Shown: positions 11,601-24,138 of the stretch, piece by piece
Layout: each line of letters starts with the position of its first letter
How positions within the stretch are numbered: position 1 is the first letter of the stretch
Origin: Octopus vulgaris
Taxonomy: Eukaryota
DNA length: 64,000 nucleotides
Assembly: GCA_951406725.2 (NCBI GenBank)
Contig: OX597831.1
Location: 1,922,001 to 1,986,000, forward strand
Reading direction: 5' to 3'
Program-made: the position numbers and the translations under genes
Notes under the pieces: generated by a model
Told to the model about the DNA's origin: nothing
Databases searched by the model: none
Seen by the model: only the letters and a program-made list of their open reading frames with translations

Positions 11601-14600
11601 CAATATTTCATTTATCCTTTGTAGTGGTGGTGATGGTATTGGTGGCAGTGGTAGGTTGGAATGGTTGAGGTGACAGAACACTGAATTGGAAACGTCTCAT
11701 GTTTTGTTATGTAATAGGCACAGGCATGACTGTGTGGTAGGAAATTAGCTTCCCAACCACATGGCTCCAGGTTCAGTCCCACTGCATGGCACCTTGGGCA
11801 ATTGTCTTCTACTGTAGCCTTGGACTGACAAAAACCTTGTGAGTGTATTTGGTAGATGGAAACTAAAAGAAGCCTGTCATTTGTATGTGTGTCTTGATGT
11901 CTGTATTTGTCCTTCACTGCCGCTTGACAAACAAACCAGTGATGGTTTGTTTGCATCCCTGTAACTTAGTGGTTTACATGGTACCAGCAAGGTCATCAAG
12001 TAACTTGCAGACAAGACCCCTCAACTGTGATTGGGTGTGGTATTGGCTTTGTATCAGGTGAGGAGTGATTAGAGTATGGCAGAAGAACAGAGACAGGTGT
12101 CTTGCTGTAGAGGAGATACATGGCTACCCCAGTTAGAAATGAAGGAAGAGAGAGAAAGAGATGGTGATGAAGGTTTGTTGGGGCATACCCTCAAGTTACA
12201 GGGTGTTGACTCTGCCTGTTACCTAGTGTAGCTAAACCAGAAATAGGGCAGGAGCATTACATGGAAAACCACTGTTATCTTATACAAAGTTTCCACATTT
12301 TTGTTTTCGTTCCAGATATATTCCATAAATTATCTACCTGTGCAGATCAAAGAAAATGGCTCCTTGCAGCTGATGTATATCAGGTAAATGTAATTTTTCA
12401 TGATTTTCATATATAATGCAATGGATTCATAAAAGTACCATTAAAGAATTTATGCTTATGTAGGGATTTCAGTAAAAGGGCACACTGAAAAGTTGTCCCT
12501 AAAAACCTCAACAGATGAACCCTTTAGCATTCAGATTACTTCGTCAGATGTAATGCTTATTTATTTACATTGCTTTGAATTAATCATGAATTGTCTCATA
12601 GTTTTAAGATTCGAATGGTACTCTTTACTCTTTACTCTTTTACTTGTTTCAGTCAGTTGACTGTGGCCATGCTGGAGCACCACCTTATTCGAGCAACTCA
12701 ACCCTGGGACTTATTCTTTGTAAGCCCAGTACTTATTCTATCGGTCTCTTTTGCCGAACCGCTAAGTGACGGGGTACGATTGTATATTTTTAGAATGACA
12801 ATGAAGGACAAGTGTGAGAGACTGGATCAGGCCAGTTTGAACAAAAAAAAAAGACAAAGAGAATATTTGGCCCAGAAATGGCTGGCTTGAATGCTGAAGG
12901 GTTACAGAAGGCAGCTTCGTAAACCAATCTTTTGTTGAGGAATGTCATGTTCAAAACTAATTTTTTTTTGAGACAAGTCAAGTTTATTGTGGCAACATGA
13001 CATGAAGAAATTACTAATTTAACATTATTACTGGAATAACTATCAGTAAAGGTTAACATACTCTTTGTTTACTCTTTACTCTCTCTTTTACTCTTTTACT
13101 TGTTTCAGTCATTTGACTGCGGCCATGCTGGAGCACCGCCTTTAGTCGAGCAAATCGACCCCGTGACTTATTCTTTGTAAGCCCAGTACTTATTCTATCG
13201 GTCTCTTTTGCCTGAACCGCTAAGTGACGGGGACATGTAAACACACCAGCATCGGTTGTCAAGCAATGCTAGAGGGACAAACATATACACACATACATAT
13301 ATATATATACATATATATGACAGGCTTCTTTCAGTTTCCGTCTACCAAATCCACTCACAAGGCTTTGGTCGGCCCGAGGCTATAGCAGAAGACACTTGCC
13401 CAAGATGCCATGCAGTGGGACTGAACCCGAAACCATGTGGTTGGTTAGCAAGCTACTTACCACACAGCCACTCCTGCGTTTATTCATTTTTTTTTTCGTT
13501 TTTTTTCTTCTTCTTCTCATCATAGTCTTTGGTTTTGCTGATTTCATTTCCTGATCTTCTCCTGGTCCATTGTTCCCTGCATTGCCTGATAACATTGACC
13601 AAAAGGTAAATCTTTTCTTTGAATTATCACAGTGCAATACAGGAATAAAAGTTATTATAAAATTATATTTCAAAGTCCAAGAGATCGCCATGGTGATATG
13701 GATGAATTTTGAGAGGACATTGATGTATTTTTAATTTCCACGCAACAATATCATCGTCAGGCAGTTGATTGGCAGAATCATTTATGTCAAACAAAATGCC
13801 TGTCATATTTAATTGCCATTCTTTACATTCTGAGTTCAAATCCTGCCAAGGTCAGCTTTGTCTTTCATTTTCCCAGGGTTGATAAAATTTTTACACACAC
13901 ACTGCATTTTCCAGCGTACAAGTCAGTCTAGTTATATAGCGTAAATATATAGTGTAAACATTCAATCTTCATCACTATCTTTCCAAATCCTGGCTTTTCT
14001 GATAGACCAAATTTGTCTTGATGCATAAGTAAATCTACCTTTCTTTTTTGTTTTTGCTATAAATTTTGGTCTAAAAATTTCAACTTGTATGCCAGAGAAT
14101 ATGATATATATGGGACAACTTTCTGAAAGCCAGATCAATGCATTGGGAAAATATTTTCTTCAATTCCCAATGTGTTTGGCTGAGATGAAAGGCTCTATTC
14201 TTGAGGTGGTGATACAGAAAAAAAAAATTAATAAAAGAAGGCTCAATCCAAAACATCCAGATTTCTAAGAGAAGTATTGGGACAAGGTGACAAGCAAGGG
14301 TGCCAGTCTCACCCAGAAATGGGCTGAGAGAAAGTTATACTTGAAAGGTCGAGCGGAGGTGGTGAATGCATACATCCCTCTCTGTCATATATTACCACCT
14401 TGTCAAACCAGACTGGAGTGCCTACTCTTCAACTTTCTGTAGAAGAGACACGTTCCACTGGTCAAGCGCAGACAAACTTATAGAACTTTATACTTTAACA
14501 ATCAAAGAAATATCTGCTGACACATGCCAACACCAGTTTCCCTGGATTCTGACTGGTGTTTTTCCACCCCATCATCCATCACAATTTACTGTAATTTTCC

Positions 14601-16595
14601 TTCTTTTTGCTTAATTCTAATTACTTTTGTCATTTCTAAATTGCTATCAGTTTTAATTTTATCCTCCTGCCTCTTTTTCTTTTGCAGTCCAGAAGCTTGC
14701 AAACTTGTTGGACACCTTAATGTTGTTGAGATTTTACTAAAGATTATCCAAGAATATGATGACACATCTAAAAAGTAAGATATGGTTTAATGTCAGATAG
14801 ATATCAGGTATTTCTTTCTCACCCTTTACAAGCCTAGCCAGGCTTATGAACCCGGTTTCTGTGGCATATGTATTCCCCCCAGCTGGACGGGACACCAGTC
14901 CATCGCAGCGTTACTCAAGAAACAGGAAGAAAGAGAGAGAGAAAGTTGTGGCAAAAGAGTACAACAGGGGTCACCACCACCCACTGCCGGAGCCTCGTAG
15001 GAACTTTTAGGTGTTTTCGCTCAATAAACACACACAACGCCCGGTCTGGGAATCGAAATTATGATCCTCCGACTGCGAGTCCGCTGCCCTAACCACTGGG
15101 CCATTGCGCCTCCGCAGATATCAGGTATGAAATGTATTTTCTCAGTTTCAAAAATGTACATAGAGTATATACTGCAGAGGTTAGGACAAATTTGTGTGAG
15201 GTATGGTCTGGCCATGGAGACACTGTGGTCATCCTTGTTCTCTTTGTTGTTCTTCTTCAAACTTTTGCAAATGAGTGTCACTCTTAAGGTGGCAAACTGG
15301 CAGAATCGTTAACACACCAGGAAAATTGCTTAGCAGCATTTCATGTCTTAACATTCAGAGTTCAAATTCTGCTGAGGTCGACTTTGTTTTTCATTGCTTT
15401 TGGAGGTCAATAAAGTAAGTACCAGTTGAACATAGGTCAATGTAATGAACTTAACCCTTCCCTCCAAATTACTGGCCTTGTGCCAAAATTTGAAGCCAAA
15501 TGAGTGTCACTGTCTTGAAAGCAGTGTCATTTATTTTCAGCATTCTGTGAAAACATGTTTGGGCATGGGGAGATATTATCCTGCCTGGGAACAGGTTAGG
15601 CTCAGTGACAGAAAGGGCATCTGACCATAGAAAGTCTACTTCAATAAACCACTTCCAATCATGGTAAAGTAGACATTAACCCTTTAGAATTCAGATTACT
15701 CTTCAAATTTGATGCTTATTTATTTATATTATTTTCAATTATTCATGCATTATCTTATAGCTTTGAGATTTTGATGATGTCATTGTTTATTTTTAGAATG
15801 ACATTATAGGGTAGATAGCAAAGACCAGATCTGGGAAGTTTGAACATAAAACAGGTGAAATATTTTGGCCAGACAAAGCTAGTTTGAATGCTAAAGAGTT
15901 AAATGATGAGGATGATGATGATGATATATAATGAATATGTCAGCAAGCTGGTAGAAACGTTAGCATGCCGGGCAAAATGTGTAGCCGTATTTCTTCTGCC
16001 GTTACGTTCCGAGTTCAAATTCCACCGAGGTCCACTTTGCCTTTCATCCTTTCGGAGTCGATAAATTAAGTACCAGTTACGCACTGGGTCGATATAATCG
16101 ACTTAATCCGTTTGTCTGTCCTTGTTTGTTCTCTCTGTGTTTAGCCCCTTGTGGGTAGTAAAGAAAATAGATATATAATGAATATATTTGAATATTTTGT
16201 ATTGTTTCAGTCAGTTACATAACAGCAACATGGAACTACAGTGGCAAGTGATCTGGTGTTTGGTCAATCTTAGTGAGGATGCTAATGCTAGACATGAGAT
16301 CAAACAAATGGGAGGAATACCACTCCTGCTCTCACTTCTGCAGTAAGTTTCTGGAACTTTCTACCGTCTTAATAGATTTATACTTTTCTAAATTATATTT
16401 GTCCCTAGGTTTACATTGTTGATCGTTTCGCTTTGCAAATCAAAATCTTGTAAATCAGTGGAGGTCTGCTTCAATGATAATATTGATTGTAAATTATAGA
16501 AAAACAATACACTTGCACAAGAAAAATTTAAGCAATCATTTCCTGAAACTGAGATAAAAATATGATTATTGTGTGTGTGTGTATGTGTATGTATG

Positions 16596-16627
<32 letters not shown>

Positions 16628-17119
16628 TATATATACACACACACACACATACACACACACACACACATACACATATATATCTAATCATTAAAGTGGAAAT
16701 TAATCATCAGAAAAGTCATTCTTAACTTCTGTGTGTGTGTGTGTATATCATCATCATCATCATCATCATCGCTTAACGTCCATTTTCCATGCTAGCATGG
16801 GTTGGATGGTTTGACGGGGCTCTGGGAAGCCAGGAGGCTGTGCCAGGCTCCAGTCTGATCTGGCAGTGTTTCTACAGCTGGATGCCCTTCCTAACGCCAA
16901 CCACTCTGAGAGTGTAGTGGGTGCTTTTTATGTGCCACTGGTACAGCGGCCAGAGGAGGCTGGCAAATGGCCACATTCGGTTGGTGCTTTTTACGTGTCA
17001 CTGACATGGACGCCAGTCAGGTGGTGCTGGCATCAGCCACATTCGGATGGTGCTTTTTACGTGCTACCGGCACGGGGTATCATAACTACAATTTCCATTT
17101 GATTTTTATTTTGATGTTG

Positions 17120-17187
<68 letters not shown>

Positions 17188-17918
17188 TATGTATGTACAT
17201 TACAGGGAGAAGATTACAGAGACACCAAGTTTAGAAAATGGCACAACATCTGGGAAGGAAGCAGAGATTCAGGTGAGTAAATGGACTTTTTGGGGAGCCG
17301 TTTTATGTATATATGCAAAATCAAACTTCACATGATTCAAACTCAGAACATGAACAGATTTCACTAAATACCACAAGGTATTGTCAATTATATTGACTCC
17401 ATAAAACATAAAGCTTTGTAATTATTATCATTAAAATATTGGAATCTTTTTCTTTCATAATCATTTTAATTATTTTTTTTTTATTCTGCATCTACAGGAC
17501 ATAAATACATTTGAATTGAGCTGTTCACTAAAATCAGGTATTTTTTCACTAATTTTTTTATCATTGACATATTTCTCTTAGGGGTCAATTAATGAGGAGA
17601 ACTGAATGTTGATGCCTTGGTTCTCTGATACAAACATAGTTTTAACGTAATTTAAATTAAACCTCCCATCAAAGTTTCATGTTAATTTAAGTTCCAAACA
17701 TCAGTTTAAAAATGATAATTCTTCTAAATTCTTCATTATTTTCAAGAATTATTGAAAGAAAGGCAATGTATTTCAATTAAAATATGGTAATGAAAGAGTT
17801 AAAGTGATCTAAATTAAAACTTCCCATTATTTCACATTAGTTTATTTTCCAGACACCAGATTAATAATGGTGAAGCTATTTTACTAAATTCTTCATTATT
17901 GTACCTGTAGAAGAAAGG

Positions 17919-17953
<35 letters not shown>

Positions 17954-18942
17954 CATCATTCATCATTGTTCGACCGTGGTCGAGACAATGGAATTTACCA
18001 TGCTACGCCAGACTTCACGGTCCATCATGGCATTACGGAGGTCCTGTTGCTGGATGCCTGTATCCCTGGAGATTACATCAGGGTAGGAGAGTGCGCCCTC
18101 TGGTATTGCGAGTAGATGGCTTCCAGAGGAGAAGAGTAGAAATTACTTCTTTTTCAGCTCTACAACAATGTCCAGCAAACTGGACTCTCCTACCTTTCAC
18201 AAGAGATGACACAGGTGGTAGTTTAGAAAAATTATTATTATTATACTACTACTAAAGCAGAGATTCAGGTGAGTAAATGGACTTTTTGGGGAGCCGTTTT
18301 ATGTATATATGCAAAATCAAACTTCACATGATTCAAACTCAGAACATGAACAGATTTCACTAAATACCACAAGGTATTGTCAATCATATTGACTCCATAA
18401 AACATAAAAGTTTGTAATTACCATCATTAAAATATTGGAATCTTTTTCTTTCATAATCATTTTAATTATTTTTTTTTTATTCTGCATCTACAGGACTTAA
18501 ATACATTTGAATTGAGCTGTTCACTAAAATCAGGTATTTTTTCACTAATTTTTTTATCATTGACATATTTCTCTTAGAGGTCAATTAATGAAAAGAACTG
18601 AGTTTTGATGCATTGGTTCTCTGATACAAACATTGTTTAAAGTAATTTAAATTGAACCTCCCATCAAAAGGTTCCTGAATAAGGGTTGTTTAAGGATGTT
18701 GACTAAACCACCCAGTTTAGAAATGATAATTCTTCTAAATTCTTCATTATTTTCAAGAATTATTGAAAGAAAGGCAATGTATTTCAATTAAAATATGGTA
18801 ATGAAAGAGTTAAAGTGATCTAAATTAAAACTTCCCATTATTTCATTTTCCAGACACCAGATTAATAATGGTGAAGCTATTTTATTAAATTCTTCATTAT
18901 TGTGCCTGTAGAAGAAAGGATTATTATTATTATTATTATTAT

Positions 18943-18990
<48 letters not shown>

Positions 18991-21900
18991 CACTGCTGCT
19001 GGCCTTGTACCTAAATTAGAAACAATTATTAATGTGCAGGCAGAATCATTAGAACACTGAAGATATACATCCTGGTTTTTTTTTCTTTAAATTCTGAGTT
19101 GAAATCCCATCAAGGTCAAATTTGCCTTTCATCCTTTCAGGGCCAATGAAATAATGTATCAATCAAGAACTAGAATTGATGTAATCAAATAAATTTCCTC
19201 CCCCAAAATGTCAGGTCGTGTACTTAAATTGGAAGTAATCATTGTTACGCTTACTTTGTTGTACACCTAATTTTAAAATATCATTCAACTGTTATGCAAC
19301 TGCTTCTTGTATTTTCAGCCTGTTGTGCAGCTCTGACAGAGTTGGTGCTTGATGATACCAATGCGCATCAGATAGTATTGGCCAATGGAATCTACATATT
19401 GGGTCAGCTGATCTTGCCTCGGCCAATGAATGATAGAAGGAAGGACTTGGCTATTGGTATACTACAGGTTTGTGGTTGTACTCTCCTTCTCTCCTTTCTC
19501 CTCCCCCCTCTCTTTCACAAGTTCTTTGACTTCTTTTGTCCTGTTTATATTTGATAAAATTCTATGTCTTTTGGGGTTTTGCACTAGATTGGGTTTGGGA
19601 TTATCATAACATTCTTCTCTGTCTGTAGAGCATTAAAAGTTAATTCGAGACCCTCAAATTTATTGGTTTTAGATGGCAGTTTTTATAATGTTTTATCCTA
19701 TTTAGGGGACTTTCCTTTGTACATCTCTACTCAAATTGACTCCCTAGAACACTCACACACACACACACACACACAATGGGTTCTTTCAGTTTCCATCCAC
19801 CAAATACACTCAGAAAGCTTTGTTTGGCCTGAAGCTACTGAAGACAATCAAAATCATGTGATTGCAAAGCAAAATACTTAACCACACAGCCACACCTTGC
19901 TTATATATATATCATCATCATCATCATCATCATTTAACGTCCATTTTCCATGCTGGCATGAGTTGGACAGTTTAACTGAGGTCTAACCTCAGTCTGACAA
20001 TATTCTATAATCTGATCTGACAATGTTTCTGCAGCTGGATGCCCTTCCTAACATCAACCATTCCGACAGTGTAGTGGGTGCTTTTTACGTGCCACCAGCA
20101 CTGGAGCCAATAGTGCTTTTTACGCGCCACTGGCACGGGACCCAGTCATATATATATATATATATATATATGCATACACTTTGTTGTTAAATTAAGAAAT
20201 GGTGACAAGTGAAAATTCTGTAAATAGTAATTATAAGCTTTACGCTTATAAGTGTTCAACATATATATTGACAATAGGAAACGATCCAATATTGGGGCAT
20301 ATAAGCCCTCAATGGAAAAAATGGGTGTTTGTACATGTGGGAATCAATCCATTTTTTTTTTTCCATTGACGCTAGCCAATGCTGAAAAGAGACAATCGCT
20401 TACCTTTGTGGTGCTTTGGTGACCGCAAGATGGCAGCATGGCCAAAGATCAATGAACAATAGCAATGGGAGACAAGCATTTAGGGTTTTACCCTTAAAAA
20501 CGAGGCTTTTCCCCACCTCCATTTTTTAAAGAAGTCTCGGGCCAGCAGTGTTTGGGGACTGAAGATACACCGTAAGGCTAATCCCCTTATGAGCAAGAAA
20601 CTCAGAGTACCCCATAAAGTTTAAGCTTATAAAATACTATTATTATTTACAGAATATATATATATATATATATTATATACGATGGGCTTCTTTTAGTTTC
20701 CGTCTACCAAATCCACTCACAAGGCTTTGGTCAGCCTGAAACTATGGTAGAAGACACTTGCCCTAGGTGCCATGCTGTGGGACTGAACCCAGAAACATGT
20801 GGTTGGGAAGCAACCTTCTTACCACACAGCCATGCCTGATAAACAGACAGACAGACACATACTGTTTAATTTCAGGTCAGCTTTAACCTTTGAACTCTCA
20901 GATTATATTTGACTTTTCAGAAAAATTCCTTTCGTACTCTACGCTTCCTCTTCAGTGTGGAGAGGAACCGACGTCTGTTTAAGCGCTTGTTACCTGCAGA
21001 GCTCTACGAGATGTTTATTGATGTTGGTCACTACAATAAGAAACTGGACAACTATGAGTTCCTTGGAAAGAAGATAAACAACCTACCTGTAAGTTAATTT
21101 CACTTTACTCCTTGCTTTAGTAGTAGTAGTAGTAGTAGTTACTGCTATTGTTGTTCTTGTTACTGCTCTTTACTCTTTTACTTGTTTCAGTCATTTGACT
21201 GCGGCCATGCTGGAGCACCGCCTTTAATCGAGCAACTCGACCCCGGGACTTATTCTTTTGTAAGCCCAGTACTTATTCTATCGGTCTCTTTTGCCGAACT
21301 GCTAAGTAACGGAGACATAAACACACCAGCATCGGTTGTCAAGCAATGCTAGGGGGCAAACACAGACACACAAACACACACACGCATATATATATATACA
21401 TATATACGACGGGCTTCTTTCAGTTTCCGTCTACCAAATCCACTCACAAGGCTTTGGTCAGCCCGAGGCTATAGTAGAAGACACTTACCCAAGGTGCCAC
21501 GCAGTGGGACTGAACCCAGGACCATGTGGTTGGTAAACAAGCTACTTACCACACAGCCACTGCTGTTGTTTTTGTTGATATTTTTGTTGTTATTGTTGTT
21601 GATGTTGTTCCTGCTGTTGCTGCACACACACACACACAAACACACATGCACATATCTCTCTATATATAAACGGCAGTTTGTCTGTCTGTATGTCTGTGTG
21701 TCTGTCAGGTTGTACCCTCACCCTGACCACGGCTTTCAACCGATTCTGATGAAACTTGACACACACATAGCCCAATGTCATAATTCAAAACTAACGCAGT
21801 GAAAATTTTGAAAAGTTCCTCCAGTTCTGAAAAAAATCGATAAATTCAACATTGGTTCGAGAATCTAAGCTTTTTATATGCAACACATTTTCTCTCTAGG

Positions 21901-24107
21901 GAACACAACTCGACCATTTTATTGCCCAAAGGGACAGCTAGGAACATCGTATACACAGAAGTATTCGAGTGAAGAGAAGATATTGCAACCTACACATGCA
22001 CCTTCGTTCCTTAGAGGGAAAGGACTAGATTGGGATTAGTTGTTGCCTACTAGGGGCTCTTACATACCCGGGCAACGCTGGGCTATGCTGCTAGTACATA
22101 TATATCCTTCTTATAATATGTTCTCAACTGCTGTTAATATCTGTACTGCATAGATTATTTCTGTTGTGTTTTCCAGCCTGAAACCATTGCGGACATCAAG
22201 ACCAACTTACAAGAAACTGACCAGAACAAAAAACCCAACCACTACATTGGGGATTATGCTGTGTTTGAACTCCTGGGCAGTGGTGGTTTTGGTTCAGTAT
22301 ATAAGGTGAAAAAAACCACTGGTCAGTCGTTTTTGGCCCTGAAAGAAGTGAGTGTAATCTCTCTAGCTCGCTCTCACACACACACACTCTCTCTCTCTTT
22401 CTCTCTCACACTGTCTCTTCCTTTTACTCTCTCTCACTCTTGTTGTCTCTCTTTATCTCTCTTTGTCTCTCTCTCTCTTTCTTTCTCTGTCTCTTGCTCC
22501 TCATTCTTTTAATCTTTCTCTTTTTGCTCTCGCTCTCTCTCTCTCTCTGTTTTTCTCTCTCACATTGTCTTTCTTTTGCTCTCTCTCACTCTTGTCTCTT
22601 TTTGTCTCTCTTGCTCTCTCTCTCTCTCTCTTTCTCTCTGTCTCTTGCTCCTCACTCTTTTGATCTTTCTCTTTTTGCTCTCTCTCTCTCTCTCTCTCAT
22701 GCTCACACATGCACGCGCTGCACAGAGAACCAGCGCAAAAACTGCAAAACATTCCATATGATGCTCTAAATGCGTCAATGTAATTATTAGCTGTGTAAAT
22801 ATAATTAGTACATGGGTAAATATAATTATCATATATGCCAAAAAAAATTAGTAGATATGTAAATCTATTTAGTATATATGTAATTATAATTAGTAGTTAT
22901 TGTACAGTTATGAAAATAAGCTTAGTTGAAATTGGTAAAGTGTGGTATCAGTGCAGTATGCATTAATCCTTTAGTGTTCAGATTACTCTATTAAATGTAA
23001 TACTTTTTCACTCAAATTGTTTTGAATTAATCATGCATTATCTTATAGCTTTGAGGTTTCAATGACGTGATTGTTTATTTTTAGAATATCAATGTAGGTT
23101 AGGTGTGAGAGGCTAGATATCGCCAGTTTGAGTATAAAACATTTAGAATATCTGGGCCAGATATGGTCGGTTTAAACACTAAAGGGTTAGATGAGATATA
23201 CTTACTCTATTCATAGATATAGATGATAAATCATTTTAATGGTATTTCTCCAAGTAAATACAGTTATAAATGATATGTGATATTATCATCATCATTATTA
23301 TTATCATTTTTATTCTTTAGCATTCAGATTACTCTGTTAAATGTGATGTTTATCTGTTCATATTGTTTTGAATTAGTCATGCATTTTCTTATAGCTTAGA
23401 GATTTCGATGAAGTGATTGTTATTTTTTACAGCTGCTTCAGAGATTCAGTGACAAATAGATGTGGCAATGTGCATTGAATATACATATATATGTACTAAA
23501 TTGGTGTTAACAAATAGATATGAAATAACGCAATTTAAACTATAATTGTGATGTCACCTATCCCATATTTAGAAGGAATTCTATGCTTGTTAACATATTC
23601 TTACTAGTGGTATGTATGGTGGCGAGCTGGCAGAAACGTTAGCACACCAGGCGAAATCCTTAGCAGTATTTCGTCTGCCACTACGTTCTGAGTTCAAATT
23701 CCGCCGAGGTCAACTTTGCCTTTCATCCTTTCGGGGTTGATAAATTAAGTACCAGTTACGCACTGGAGTCGATATAATCGACTTAATCCGTTTGTCTGTC
23801 CTTGTTTGTCCCCTCTTTAGCCCCTTGTGGGTAATAGAGAAATAGGTATGTATGTGTGTGTGTACATAAATACATACATACATACAAATCTGTATAATGT
23901 AGGTAGTTAGGGTAAAACCTGGCTGTTTCCTCTTGAAACACATCTGCTTATTCTGTTATTACAATCAATATGTATCCATAGTTGCTCTTGTATGTTAGTC
24001 AAAATACATTTTAAAATTGGGAATTATGGAAAACAGGAAAGTGGAATTAATACCGTAAATGTCCACTTTCTTGTTTTGTTATATATGTATATAAACATTT
24101 ATATGTG

Positions 24108-24138
<31 letters not shown>

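Larger units (their letters stand above)
17259..18990 (+). repeat. Intragenic tandem duplication (~0.7 kb unit; copy 1 17259-18253 including an RTE insert, copy 2 18255-~18990)
   Basis: aagcagagattcaggtgagtaaatggactttttgggg... occurs at both 17259 and 18255; near identity continues to the gaagaaaggatt(att)n end. Confidence 0.95.

Noticed and set aside
13256-13525. Recurrent ORFs such as '[28 protein letters not shown]' and '[15 protein letters not shown]'
   Set aside because: These are antisense or sense readings of SINE family A, not a gene family.
15145-15201. Candidate for the missing ARM exon (ctcag|tttcaaa...gtgag|gtatgg)
   Set aside because: Phases do not fit 2-2 and there is no similarity to the expected peptide.
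16915-17070. Short repeats (ggtgctttttacgtg) with spacers, superficially CRISPR-like
   Set aside because: Eukaryotic context; these are internal repeats of SINE-like family D and there are no cas genes.
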